From positions 1,054,001 through 1,118,000 of the forward strand of contig CM075988.1 in the NCBI GenBank assembly GCA_038087875.1: a stretch of 64,000 nt of DNA, in the 5' to 3' direction. Made by a program: the position numbers and the translations under genes. The notes below the pieces were generated by a model. The model was not told the DNA's origin. It saw only the letters and a program-made list of their open reading frames with translations, and did not search any database. Shown here piece by piece: positions 25,257-38,613 of the stretch. The DNA is from Malacoraja senta. Its lineage: Eukaryota. Position 1 is the first letter of the stretch; the number at the start of each line of letters is the position of its first letter.

Positions 25257-25474
25257 CTGTCTAGTTCCTCCTGGATCAGTGCCTTGGCATTGGGGTTGTT
25301 CTCGTATTTCTTCACGATCAGTTGAGCCACTTTAATGGACCGATTGTAAGCTTTATCCAACTCGTCGATGATAAAAAGTAGGTCGGCAGTGAGAAGTGGA
25401 GTAACAAAGACTTTCCAGATTAAGCTGGGTAGGTACATGGTCATCCCAATAGCCAGCAGTGAGTAGGGGAATAC
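25257..25474 (-). CDS. PANX3: Pannexin-3 exon 3 (218 nt, VFPYSLLAIGMTMYLP...DELDKAYNRSIK...EELD)
   Basis: Acceptor ...CCTTGTGCAG, donor GTACAC. Carries the PYSLL and DLLFIIxELDKxYNRSI pannexin motifs. Phase 0 in, phase 2 out. Confidence 0.93.
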
Positions 25475-26324
25475 CTGCACAAGGCAAGGAGCCACAGTTA
25501 GACACTCTCAGTGTGGGATTTGATCACTTCTGACTACTGACTGACAGTCAAACCAGACACAAGCACAACAGATAGTGCAGAGAGAAAATAAACAGAATGC
25601 AGAATATCATGTTATAGTTACCGGGAAAGTGTACGTGAACAAAGTGTAAGGGTAGATTGGGAGATCGGAATTCCATAGTTAGCATACTCGGTCCTAACAG
25701 ACGTCTGTCAGATACCATTAATGATGAAACTGTTCCTGAATCTAGTGGTACGTGCTTTCAGGTTTTTGTATCTTCTGGTGACTGGAGAGGAGAAAGAGTG
25801 AATGACTGGGATGTGAGTTGTCCTTGCTTGTGTTGGCTGCTTTCCCGAGGCAGTGTAAGGTGCAGATGGAGTCGATGGTGGAGAGGCTGGTCAGTGTAAT
25901 GGACTGGGTTACATCCACAACTCTCTGTAATTTATTGTGGTCTTGGGCAGAGCTGCTCTCAAACCGAGCAGTGAATCTTCTGCATAGGGACTGATATACA
26001 AAGGGAAGAGTTGATAACAGGCCTGAAATTCTGTTGGGAGAACTGTGGATGAGATCTGGGATTAGCCTGGGAGAAACTCAGGAGCAGGACTGGGAAAGTT
26101 GTGAGAGCAGGTCAGAGAATGTTCCGGAGAAGCAGTGAAACGGTGAAACTGTTACCAAAGGACCAAGGGAATGGAACTGGGAACATTCTGGGAGAGCCTT
26201 GGGAGTGGGCCTGAGATACTCTGTGGAGAAGCGGGGAAAACTAATCAAAGATGAGAGAACTTTGAGAGGTGATTCTTCCAATAGAACCACGAGAGTGGAG
26301 CTGTGATTGTGTCAGGAGTCTTAC

Positions 26325-26607
26325 ATAGATACATAGAAATTAGGTGCAGGAGTAGGCCATTCGGCCCTTCGAGCCTGCACCGCCATTCAATACGATCATG
26401 GCTGATCATCCAACTCAGTATCCCGTACCTGCCTTCTCTCCATACCCCCTGATCCCTTTAGCCACAAGGGCCACATCTAATTCCCTCTTAAATATAGCCA
26501 ATGAACTGGCCTCAACTACCCTCTGTGGCAGAGAGTTCCAGAGATTCACCACTCTCTGTGTGAAAAAGTTTTTCCTCATCTCGGTCTTAAAGGATTTTCC
26601 CCTTATC
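26325..26607 (-). mobile_element. Young CR1 3'-end fragment
   Basis: Near-identical to the 13095-13383 tail, reversed. Confidence 0.88.
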
Positions 26608-26678
26608 CGCCCCCACCCCTCCCCGTCTTGGGGTGGGGGCGGGGAGGGGTGGGGGCGGGGAGGGGTGGGGGCCGGGAG

Positions 26679-27180
26679 TAGGGTTGCCAACTGTCCCATA
26701 TTAGCCGGGACATCTCGTATTTTGGGCTAAACTGGTTTGTCCCATACGGGACCGCCCTTGCCCCATATTTGACTGCTACTACTCAGGTCGAGGGGACTGT
26801 CGGGTCGGAGAGCCCGTCCTGACGTACTGTAGACCATGGAGTGGAGCAGCAGTGTCTCGCCCGTGGCCCCCTCGGTCGGCAGCCCGGCCAGCTGTCCGAA
26901 CTTCGGACCTTCGTTTACCGCCAACACCACCACCCCTCCTTCTCATGGCCAATCATCGGTTCACGAGTTGGATGGGGTGCCGGACTTTGTGCACGATGTC
27001 GCGCCCGGGCCAAAACTCCTCAGCTGACCCGCCGGCTGGGCTTTGTGTGCAGTCCAGCACCCGGGCCAACTCATCATTCACCCAGCCACGGCCGAGTCAG
27101 TCAACGAATTGCCGTTGGGAATTTGTCCCTCATTTTGACCTTTTGTCCCTTATTCGGGAGTGAGAAAGTTGGCAACACTA
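26679..27180. mobile_element. hAT-type MITE (502 bp)
   Basis: TIRs TAGGGTTGCCAAC and GTTGGCAACACTA. 8-bp TSD GCCGGGAG (26671-26678) and GCGGGGAG (27181-27188). Inserted in a G-rich tract. Confidence 0.85.
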
Positions 27181-27589
27181 GCGGGGAGGGGTGGGGGCAG
27201 GGAGGGATGGGGGGGGCGGGGTGGGGGAGTGGGGCTTTAATCGTGTCAGGAGTCTGGGGGTGAGGCTGTGACCACTGTGGGGGTGGGGAGGGGAGCGGTG
27301 GGGTGGTGGGGTGGAGGGAGGAAGTGGGGCTGAGATTGTCAGGAGACCAGGAGGATTGGGGGGGTGGGGGTGTTGAAGATGACTGAGGTTGTTTCAGATG
27401 AACAGCGAGACATTAGTTTAGAAGAAGCAGTAAGATGCCTGTGATAGTTCCAGGGGTTTGAATGAAAGGTTGAAGATCACAAGGGCAGCCAGGCAGGGAT
27501 TGGACTGTGTGAAGACTGGGCTCAATTGCAACTCAGCAGAGCAAGGATACAATGCATGTTTAAAACTTAGACGAGGTTATCCCTATTCA

Positions 27590-29068
27590 TCCCTGTCTGG
27601 TGATAAAATAAAACGGGGAAGGCGGCTCAACCGTGCCTAATGAGGGAAATCAAGAATAGAGTAAAATCCAAGGAAGTGGTATATAAATTGGCCAGAGGAA
27701 GCCGCAAACTGGGGGAAATTTAGAACTCAACAGAGGAAGTCAAAGGGGTTAATTAAGAGGGAGATAAAAGAGCATGAAAGAAAGCTTGCGGGGAATATAA
27801 AATCTGACTGTAAAAGCTTCTTTAGATATGTAAAATTGAAAAGATTAGTGAAGATGAATGTAGGTCCCTTACAGTCAGAGACATGTACATTTATAAGACC
27901 AGTTAAACGAGTACTTTGGTTCTGTTTTCACTAAGGAAGACACAAACAATCTCCCAGAAATACTAGGGGACCGTGGATCGAGTGGGAGGGAGGAACTGAA
28001 GGGAATCCACATTAGTCAGGAAGTGGTGATTGATAACTGAAGGCAGATAAATCCTCAGGGCCTGATGGTTTGCATCCCAGAGTACTCAAGGAGGTGGCCC
28101 TAGAAATCGTGGATGCATAGGTGATAATTTTCCTATGTTCTATCGATTCTGGATCCGTTCCTATGGTCTCCACTTTTGTAACTGCACTTTTTAAGGGCCT
28201 GTCTCACTTATGCGATTTTTTTCGGTGAATGCCGGCACCCGTTATAGTCGCAGCAGGTCGCAACACGTTGAAAATCCAGCGGTGACCAGAAAAAGGTACG
28301 ACTCTTTGGACAACTACTCACGACCATACAGGCTTCACTCCATGACATGTCGCATGTAAGGTTGTGAGTAGTCGTCCAAAGAGTCGTACCTTTGTCCCAC
28401 ACAAGAGATTAGTGTACAAAATTAGAGCACATGGTATTGGTGGTCGGGTACTGACATGGATAGAGAACTGGTTGGCAGAAAGGACCCCAGTTATTTGCAA
28501 TATATATTAACATTTTTGAAGATGGAATTAAATGTAACATCTTCAAGTTTGCAGATGACACAAAGCTGGGTGGCAGTGTGTGCTGCGAGGAAGATGTTAT
28601 GAGGCTGCAAGGTGACGTTGGGTGAGTGGGGAGATGCATGGCAGATGCAGTATAATGTGGATAAATGTGAGGTTATCCACTTTGGTGGCAATAACTGGAA
28701 GACAGATTATTATCAGAATGGTGTCAGATTAGGAAAAGGGGAGGTGCAACGAGACCTGGGAGTGCTTGTAGATCAATCACTGAAAGTAAGCATGCAGGTA
28801 CAGCAGGCAGTGAAGAAAACTAATGGCATGTTGGCCTTCATTGCGAGAGGATTTGAGTTTAGGAACATGGAGGACCTACTGCAGTGATACTGCACCTGGA
28901 TTATTGTGTGCAATTTGGTCTCCTAATGTAAGGAAGGACATTATTGCTATTGAGCGAGAGCAGCATAGGTTCACCAGGTTAATTCCTGGGATGACGGGAC
29001 TGACATATGATGAAAAATGGGTCGACTGGGCTTGTATTCACTGGAATATAGGATGAGTGGGGATCTTA
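27590..29068 (+). mobile_element. Decayed CR1 LINE with partial Harbinger-type MITE (about 28193-28390)
   Basis: CR1 ORF2 remnants ([16 protein letters not shown]). The insert starts AGGGCCTGTCTCACT and matches 46481-47609. Confidence 0.78.
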
Positions 29069-30108
29069 TCTATCTATCTATCTATCTATCCTCTATCTAT
29101 CTATACTATTACTAAAACTCTCATCTTGTCCTCTTCTGGTTTGCGTTGTTTTTTAATTTGCGCAAAAACGGTACCCTATATCGCTAGGAATTTTTCACCA
29201 CCTTACTCACCATTCTCCTCTGCTCCAAGCGCACCAAGGTTTGTTCCGATCGGTGGAATATTACAAAAGTTATGATGGTTTAAAAATCGTGAGATCAGCA
29301 AATTGGTCTTCTCGCCTGTCAGTCACCATGAAGGTAACGCCTCTTCTGGCACCCGCTGTCAATCACCGGGAAGAGGAGAATAAATCCCCAGAGGCCGGGC
29401 TGAGTACATGAGCCTTCCGGAAGCCGTTCGCCAGCCATCCGCCAGTCATCCGCCCTGAAGCTGTGAGTGAGTGAACTGTGAGTCCAGAAGCTGTGAGTGA
29501 GTGAACTGTGAGTCCAGAAGCCGTGAGTGACTGAACTGTGAGTCCAGAAGATGTGAGTGAGTGAACTGTGAACCATTCGGCCCACAATGTCTGTACTAGC
29601 CCTCTGGAAACCAGTCCCTTCAGCCCACAACACCCATAATAGCCCTCCAGAAAGCCCCCCCCCTCCACTGGCCACCGCCTGCAGCTGTCCCTCTCCCTGG
29701 CTGCAGGATGCAATTAGAGACATAACAAGAAAGAATGGACTGAATAAATCTCATCTTTAACGTTTAAATTGTTGTCACATTTTAAGCTAAAATAAATCAC
29801 TTTTCCACTTGCTGTGCCAGTCAGCTGTACCCGCGCAGTAATACCTGCATGCTCTACGTCACAATGGGAACCCAATGGGAGGGAATGGCTGCGCCACCGG
29901 AGAGCCGCTAGGAACTGATGGGGAGTTTAAGGTGGGGATGGAGAGAGTGCGTGGGGGGCGGAAGGGCAAGGGGCGGAGTGGGGGTGTGAGCGGAGGTGGG
30001 TGGATCAGGGGCGTCACAACGGGAACCCGTCAGCCGCGCCTGCGCAGTTGGGGGCTAGGCGTGAGTGGTGGAATATTGGAATTGGTGGAGAGGTGGAATA
30101 TTGTTGGC
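29069..30108 (+). mobile_element. Non-autonomous Helitron-like element, 3' end missing, with internal 30-bp tandem repeat (29456-29571)
   Basis: Starts (TCTA)n-TCTATACTATTACTAAAACTC. Segments 29578-29675 and 30068-30105 are reverse complements of 55-190. Confidence 0.6.
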
Positions 30109-32457
30109 ATGTAACGAAGGTAATGCCACTGTGGTGATGGGGGATTTCAATATGCAGGTAGACTGGGAAAATCAGGACCCCAAGAAAGAGAGTTTGTAGA
30201 ATGCCTCTGAGATGGATTCTTAGAGCAGCTTGCAATGGCGCCGACCAGAGAAAAGGCAATTCTGGATTTAGTGTTGTCCAATGAACCAGATATGATGAGA
30301 ACTCGAGGTAAAGGAACCGCTTGGAGGTAGTGATCATAATATGATTAGTTTTAATCTGCAATTTGAGAAGGAGAACGTTAAATCGGAAGTGGCAGTGATG
30401 CAGTTGAACAAAGGGGACTTTGAGGGCATGAGAGGGGAGCTGGTCAAAGTAGACTGGAAAGGGATCCTAGCAGGAATGACGGTGGAACAGCAATGGCAGG
30501 AATTTCTGGGCATAATCCGGGAGACGCAGGATCATTTCATTCCAAAAAGGAAGAAAGATTCTAAGGGGAATAGGAGGCAACCATGGCTGACAAGAGAAGT
30601 TAGGGATAGAATAAAACTAAAAGAAAAGATATATAACACAGCAAAGAGTAGCCGGAAGCCAGAGGATTGGGAAACTTTCATAGGACAACAGAAGGAAACA
30701 AAACGGGCAATACGGGCTGAAAAGATGAAGTACGAGGGGAAGCTGGCCAGGAATATAAAGAAGGACAGTAAAAGCTTCTTTAGATATGTTTAGGGAAAAA
30801 GAGTAGCAAAGTCAAACGTGGGTCCCTTGAAGGCAGACACGGGTGAAATTATTATGGGCAACAAAGAAATGGCAGAAGAGTTGAATAGGTACTTCGGATC
30901 TGTCTTCACTAAGGAAGACACAAACAATCTCCCAGAAGTACTGGAGGACAGAGGATCTAAGGGGGTAGAGGAACTGAAAGAAATTTTCATTAGTCGAGAA
31001 ATAGTATTGGGTAGGCTAATGGGACTGAAGGATGATAAATCCCCAGGGCTTGATGGTCTGCAACCCAGGGTCCTCAGGGAGGTGGCTCTAGAAATAGTGG
31101 ACGCATTGGTGATCATTTTCCAATGTTCAATAGATTCAAGATCAGTTCATGTGGATTGGAGGAAACCTAATATCATCCGACTTTTCAAGAAAGGAGCGAG
31201 AGAGAAAACGGGGAATTACAGACCAGTTAGCCTGACTTCGGTGGTGGGAAAGATGCTGGAGTCAATTATTAAAGAGGTAATAATGGGGCATTTGGGTAGC
31301 AGTAAAAGGATTAGTCCAAGTCAACATGGATTTATGAAAGGTAAATCAAGCTTGACTAATCTTCTGGAATTTTTTGAGGAAGTGACAAGTAAAATGGATG
31401 AAGGGGAGCCGGTGGATGTAGTGGATCTAGACTTCCAGAAAGCCTTTGATAAGGTCCCACACGGGAGACTGGTGACTAAAATTAGAGCACATGGTATTGG
31501 GGGTAGGGTGCTGACATGGATAGAAAATTGGTTGGCAGACCGGAAGCAAAGAGTAGGAGTGAACGGGTCCTTTTCAGAATGGCAGTCAGTGGCGAGTGGA
31601 GTGCCGCAAGGCTCGGTGTTGGGGCCGCAACTGTTTATCATATATATTAATGATTTGGAAGAGGGAATTAGGAGCAACACTAGCAAGTTTGCGGATGACA
31701 CAAAGCTGGGTGGCAGTGTGAACTGTGAAGAGGTTTTTTGGAGGTTGCAGGGTGACCTGGACAGGTTGAGTGAGTGGGCAGATGCATGGCAGATGCAGTA
31801 TAATATAGATAAATGTGAGGTTATCCACTTTGGCAGCAAAAACAAGGGGGCAGATTATTATCTCAATGGGGTTAGGTTAGGTAAGGGGGAGGTGCAGCGA
31901 GACCTGGGTTTCCTGTGTGTACACCGGTCACTGAAAGTTGGCGTGCAGGTACAGCAGGCAGTGAAGAAAGCTAATGGGATGTTGGCCTTCATAACAAGAG
32001 GATTTCAGTACAGGAGTAAAGAGGTTCTTCTGCAGTTGTATAGGGCTCTGGTGAGACCACATCTGGAGTATTGTGTACTGTTTTGGTCTCCTAATTTGAG
32101 GAAGGACATCCATGTGATTGAGGCAGTGTAGCGTAGGTTCACGAGATTGATCCCTGGGATGGTGGGACTGTCATGTGAGGAAAGATTGAAAAGACTAGGC
32201 TTGTATTCACTGGAGTTTAGAAGGATGAGGGGGGATCTTATAGAAACATATACAATTATAAAAGGACTGGACAAGCTGGATACAGGAAAAATGTTCCCAA
32301 TGTTGGGCGAGTCCAGAACCAGGGGCCACAGTCTTAGAATAAAGGGGAGGTCATTTAAGACTTAGGTGAGAAAAAACTTTTTCTCCCAGAGAGTTGTGAA
32401 TTTATGGAATTCCCTGCCACAGTGGGCAGTGGAAGCCAAATCACTGGATGGATTTAA
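30109..32457 (+). mobile_element. CR1 LINE (endonuclease end plus RT), both ends truncated
   Basis: ORF 30818-32131 has the full RT motif set including FADD. Upstream ORF 30341-30793. Confidence 0.92.
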
Positions 32458-35400
32458 CATAGAAGCATAGAAACATAGAAAATAGGTGCAGGAGTAGGTC
32501 ATTTGGCCCTTCAAGCCTGCACCGCCATTCAATATGATCATGGCTGATCATCCAACTCAGTATCCTGTACCTGCCTTCTCTCCATACCCCCTGATCCCTT
32601 TAGCCACAAGGACCACATCTAACTCCCTCTTAAATATAGCCAATGAACTGGCCTCAACTACCTTCTGTGGCAGAGAATTCCACAGATTCACCACTCTCTG
32701 TGTGAAAAATGATTTTCTCATCTCGGTCCTAAAAGACTTCCCCCTTATCCTTAAACTGTGACCCCTTGTTCTGGACTTCCCCAACATCGGGAACAATCTT
32801 CCTGCATCTAGCCTGTTCAACCCCTTAAGAATCTTGTAAATTTCTATAAGATCCCCCCTCAATCTTCTAAATTCTAGCGAGTACAAACCGAGTCTATTCA
32901 GTCTTTCTTCTTATGAAAGTCCTGCCATCCCAGGAATCAGTCTGGTGAACCTTCTCTGTACTCCCTCTTTGGCAAGAATGTCTTTCCTCAGATTTGGTGA
33001 CCAAAACTGTACGCAATACTCCAGGTGTGGCCTCACCAAGACCCTGTACAACTGCAGTAGAACCTCCCTGCTCTTATACTCAAATCCTTTTGCTATGAAT
33101 GCTAACATACCATTCGCTTTCTTCACTGCCTGCTGCACCCGCATGCCTACTTTCAATGACTGGTGTACCATGACACCCAGATCTCGTTGCATCTCCCCTT
33201 TTCCTAATCGGCCACCATTCAGATAATAGTCTACTTTCCTGTTTTTGCCACCAAAGTGGATAACCTCACATTTATCCACATTATACTGTATCTGCAATGC
33301 AATTGCCCACTCACCCAACCTATCCAAGTCACCTTGCATCCTCCTGGCATCCTCCTCACAGTTAACACTGCCCCACAGCTTCGTGTCATCCGCAAACTTG
33401 GAAATGTTGCATTCAATTCCCTCATCCAGATCATTAATATATATTGTAAATAGCTGGGGTCCCAGCACTGAGCCTTGCGGTACCCCACTAGTCACTGCCT
33501 GCCATTCTGAAAAGGACCCGTTTACTCCTACTCTTTGCTTCCTGTCTGCCAGCCAGTTCTCAATCCACATCAATACTGAACCCCCAATACCGTGTGCTTT
33601 AAGTTTGCATACTAATCTCTTATGTGGGACCTTGTCGAAAGCCTTCTGAAAGTCCAGATATAACACATCCACTGGTTCTCCCTTATCCACTCTACTAGTT
33701 ACATCCTTGAAAAATTCTATAAGATTCGTCAGACATGATTTACCTTTCATAAATCCATGCTGACTTTGTCCAATGATTTCACCACTTTCCAAATGTGCTG
33801 CTATCCCATCTTCAATAACTGACTCTAGCATTTTCCCCACTACCGATGTTAGACTAACTGGTCTGTAATTCCCTGTTTTCTCTCTCCCTCCCTTTATAAA
33901 AAGTGGGGTTACATTAGTTACCCTCCAATCCTCAGGAACTCCTCCAGAATCTAAAGAGTTCTGGAAAATTATCACTAATGCATCCACTATTTCTGGGGCT
34001 ACTTCCTTAAGTACTCTGGGATGCAGCCTGTCTGGCCCTGGGGAATATATCGGCCTTTAATCCATTCAATTTACCTAACACCACTTCCCGGCTAACCGGG
34101 ATTTCACTCAGTTGCTCCATCTCATTTGACCCCCGGTCCCCTGCTATTCCCGGCAGATTATTTATGTCTTCCTTAGTGAAGACAGAACCAAAGTAGTTAT
34201 TCAATTGGTCTGCCATATCCTTGTTCCCCATGATCAATTCACCAGTTTCTGACTGCAAGGGACCTACATTTGTTTTAATTCATCTTTTTCTCTTCACATA
34301 TCTATAAAAACCTTTGCAGTCAGTTTTTATGTTCCCAGCCAGTTTTTTTTCATAATCTATTTTCCCTTTCCTAATTAAGCCCTTTGTCATCCTCTGCTAG
34401 ACTGAATTTCTCCCAGTCCTCTGGTAGGCTGCTTTTTCTGGCTAATTTGTATGCTTCATCTTTTGTTTTGATACTATCCCTGATTTCCCTTGTTATCCAC
34501 AGATGCGCTACCTTCCCTGATTTATTCTTTTGCCAAACTGGGATGAACAATTGTTGTAGTTCATCCATGCAGTCTTTAAATGCCTTCCATTGGATATCCA
34601 CTGTCAACCCTTTATGAATCACTTGCCAGTCTATCTTGGCCAATTCACGTCTCATACCCTCAAAGTTACCCTTCTTTAAGTTCAGAACCCTTGTTTCTGA
34701 ATTAACAATGTCACTCTCCATCCTAATGAAGAACTCAACCATATTATGGTCACTCTTGCCCAAGGGGCCACGCACAACAGGACTGCTAACCAACCCTTCC
34801 TCATTACTCAATACCCAGTCTAGAATAGCCTGTTCTCTCGTTGGTTCCTCTACATGTTGGTTTAGAAAACTATCCCGCATACATTCCAAGAAATCCTCTT
34901 CCTCAGCACCCCTACCAATTTGATTCACCCAATCTATATGTAGATTGAAGTCACCCATTATAACTGTTTTACCTTTGTTGCACGCATTTCTAATTTCCTG
35001 TTTGATGCCAACCCCAACTCCACTACTACTGTTAGGTGGCCTGTACACAACTCCCCTTAGCGTTTTCTGCCCCTTAGTGTTTTGCAGCTCTACCCATATC
35101 GATTCCACATCCTCCAAGCTAAAATGTCCTTCCTTTCTATTGCGTTAATCTCCTCTCTAACCAGCAACGCTACGCCACCTCCTTTTCCTTTCTATCTATC
35201 CCTCCTGAATATTGAATATCCCTGGATGTTCAGCTCCCAGCCTTGGTCACCCTGGAGCCATGTCTCCGTGATCCCAACTATATCATATTCATTAATAACT
35301 ATCTGCACATTCAACTCATCCACCTTATTACGAATGCTCCTTGCATTGAGACACAAAGCCTTCAGGCTTGTTTTTACAACACTCTTACCCCTTATACAAT

Positions 35401-35745
35401 TATGTTGAAAAGTGGCCCTTTTTGATTTTTGCTCTGGATTTTTCTGCCTGCCACTTTTACTTTTCACCTTGCTACCTGTTGCTTCTACCCTCATTTTACA
35501 CCCCTCTGTCTCTCTACTCATGCTCCCATTCCCCTGCCACATTAGTTTAAATCCTCCCTGACAGCACTAGCAAACACTCCCCCAAGGACATTGGTTCCAT
35601 TCCAGCCCAGGTGCAGACCGTCCTGTTTGTACTGGTCCCACCTCCCCCAGAACTGGTTCCAATGCCCTAGAAATTTGAATCCCTCCCCCTTGCCCCATTT
35701 TTCAAGCCACGTATTCATCTGCAATATCCTCCTATTTCTACTCTA
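32458..35745 (-). mobile_element. Near-complete CR1 LINE: end of esterase-type ORF1, AP endonuclease, RT and tail
   Basis: 35542-35724 DGLHLGWNG (SGNH-like DxxH). 35192-35542 LCLNARSIRNK...VGITETWL. 34371-35117 MGDFN...SDH. 32911-33987 RT. Tail at 32458-32480. Several frameshifts. Confidence 0.93.
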
Positions 35746-35918
35746 TCTCTTAAGAGAGAGTTAGATAGAGCTCTAGGGGCTAGTGGAGTCAAGGAATATG
35801 GAGAGAAGGCAGGCACGGGTTATTGATACGGGACAATCAGCCATGATCACAATGAATGGCGGTGCTGGCTCGAAGGGCCGAATGGCCTCCTCTTGCACCT
35901 ATTTTCTATGTTTCTATG
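35746..35918 (+). mobile_element. CR1 3'-end fragment (second young subfamily)
   Basis: Ends CACCTATTTTCTATGTTTCTATG. Matches 61444-61571 and 63023-63200. Confidence 0.8.
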
Positions 35919-36384
35919 AATTGTTCAACAGGCTGGAACCAGCTTCATTCAACAGCACGGAAAATTGAACAGCAATGTCCTATTCACAAGAAGCAGGTCA
36001 AAGTTTGGCTGATTGCTACCCAACTGGTGTACTCCCAATCATCATTGTAGTTAGGAAAGGTTGCAGTGGAACGCCTGGGAACTACAGAGCCCACCATCAC
36101 TGCGGGTGAGTTATTGGATAGAATCTGCCAACATTTGGAAAGAAAGTCTGATTAGGAACAGTTGGCATGCCTTTGTACATGGGAAATCCTGTCACATATT
36201 TGATTGCATTTTTTGAAGAGTTGATGAACAAGGTTGATGAGGAAAGGTCTGTAGATGTTGGCTGGATAGACTTCAGCGAGGCCTTTCACAAGGTACCACA
36301 TGGAAGACTGGTCTGAAAGATTAGATCACGTGGATCCAAGATGAGCTAGACAGCTGGATACTAAATTGATTTGAAGATAGGGAG

Positions 36385-37373
36385 GAGGAGCTATCTTGGG
36401 GAACGGCTGCTAACCAGCAGCCGTCCGTTAAATTCACTTTTTTACTTCGTTTTTAGTTTTTTTCTTGTTTTTGTCTATGGGGAATTTTGACTTTTAATGT
36501 GGTGGGGTAAGGGGGAAACTATTTCTAGGTCCCTACCTGGTCGGTGAGGCAGCCTTTTCTCCAGGCTGCCCCGTCGACCCGTCCTTGCGGCCTACCAGCG
36601 GACATGGAGCGGCGTGGAGCGGCGTTTCCTGGCGGGGACTGCCCAGCACCTTCAGCTTCGGTGGCGGCACAGCGCTGGAGCGCTATCGCGGAGTGGAGCG
36701 GGCGATACCTTGCCTGGGTCGCCGCGCTGGATCGACGCGCTGGAGCTCCGGTGAGCTGGACCGCCGAGCTCAACACCTCCGGGCTGCGGGACTACTGAGC
36801 GGCCAGCCGCGGGCGGCGGCGCCAACCCTAACATCGGGAGTTCGGAGCTCCAAATTGGCGCGGCCTTGTTGGCTTCAGGTGCCACGGACTCCGGTAGGAA
36901 ACCTGCCGCTCCAGGTGGCCCAGCCGCTGTGAGGACTCTCCCGACGCCGGGGTAACAACACCCAGTGAGAACGGCCAGGAACATCGGGCCTCCATAGAGG
37001 CAACTGTGGAGGCCTCAATAGGCCTGACTTTGGGTGAACTGGGGTTGGGGACTGGACATTGTCCCTTCCCCCACAGTGGTAATCATTGTGGGGGGATGAT
37101 TTTGTGTGTTAATGATATTTTATTTTATGTCCAAGATGGCTGCCGGAGGGGAGAGTGGACGCTGGCGCGCTTTAGCAGCCGCTGCTCTCTCTTCCATATT
37201 GTGTTTTTGATTTTTGTTTTTGGATTGAATTCTCTCTTTAATTTGTGTACTCGTGTTGTCTTTACTATTTATTTCATTCAGCTTACATGTTTCTACTATT
37301 TGTTAAACTTTGTAAGGTGTCCTTGAGACTTTTGAAAGGCGCCCATAAATAAAATGTATTATTATTATTATTA
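36385..37373 (+). mobile_element. GC-rich non-coding retroelement with (TAT)n tail, inserted in decayed CR1 (about 36000-37990)
   Basis: Core GGACATTGTCCCTTCCCCCACAGTGGTAATCATTGTGGGGGG. End AAAGGCGCCCATAAATAAAATG(TAT)n. Confidence 0.55.
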
Positions 37374-38613
37374 TAGGAGTTGTGAAAGAGGGATGCTTTT
37401 CAAACTGGCCTTTAACCAGTGGTGTATCACAGGGATCAAGCTGGGTGTACTAGTGTGTGTTATTTATATTAACCATCTGAGTGTGAATGTAGGTGGTGAG
37501 GTTAGTGAGTGCGGGTGGACAGTGAATTGGCCTATAAGATTACAACAGAATCTTGATCAAATAGGATGATAGAATAGATGGAATTTAATTCAGATACATG
37601 TGTTGCATTTTGGTAACACAACCCAGAGCAGGATTTAGGCAGTAAATGGCAGAGCCCTGGGAATGTTTTAGAATTGCGAGCGAGGGTGCAGCTGCACACC
37701 TCTATGCAGGTGAAAGTGCAGGTACGCAGCGTAATGAACATGGCCTTTGACACATTTGCCTTCATCGACAGGGTATTGAGAACAGGAGTTGAGATGCCAT
37801 TTTACAGCAGTACAAGACATTAGTAAGGCCACATTTGGAGTTCTGTTTATCCTGCTAAAATAAGGATGTCATTAAATTGGAAGGGATACAAATAAAATTT
37901 ACGAGATGGTATCAAGTCTGGAGGGTTTGAGTTATAAGGAGAGGCTGGACTGGCTGCGTCTGTTTTCCCTGGAATGTAAGAGACGGAAGAGTCATACAGC
38001 ACGGAAACAGGCCCTTCGGCAGAAAGTGCCCATGCCAACCAAGATACCCCATCTACACTCAGTCCCACCTGTGAATATTTGTCCCATATATTTCAAACCT
38101 TTCCTATCCAAATTCCTTTTAAATTTTGTTATGGTACCTGCCTCAACTACCACCTCTGGCAGCTCATTCCATATACCCATCACTCTGTGTGTGAAAAAGT
38201 TGCCCCTCATGTTCCTAATAAATCTTTCCCCTCTGACCTTAAACCTATGTCCGTTGATTCTCCATTCCCCAATTCTGTATAAAAGACTGGAATTTACCCC
38301 AGCTATTCCCCTCATGATTTCTACACCTCTATAAGATCAACCCTCATTCCCCTGCACTCCAAAGAATAAAGTCCTAGCCTGTCCAACCTCTCCCTATTGC
38401 TCAGGCCCTCAAGCTGTGGCAACATCCATATAACTCTTCTCTACAACATATTGTGCAATTGTAGTATAATATCCCAACTTCTTTGTGTAATAAGGAACTA
38501 CAGATGCTGGCTTAAACCAAAGATAGACTCAAAAAGCTGAAGTAACTCAGCGGGTCAGGTGGCATCTTTGGAGAAAAGGAATTATTTTAAGTTACTCCAG
38601 CTTTTTGTGTCTA

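Noticed and set aside
29456..29571. 30-bp repeats as CRISPR direct repeats
   Set aside because: Head-to-tail units with no spacers, inside a Helitron-like element.
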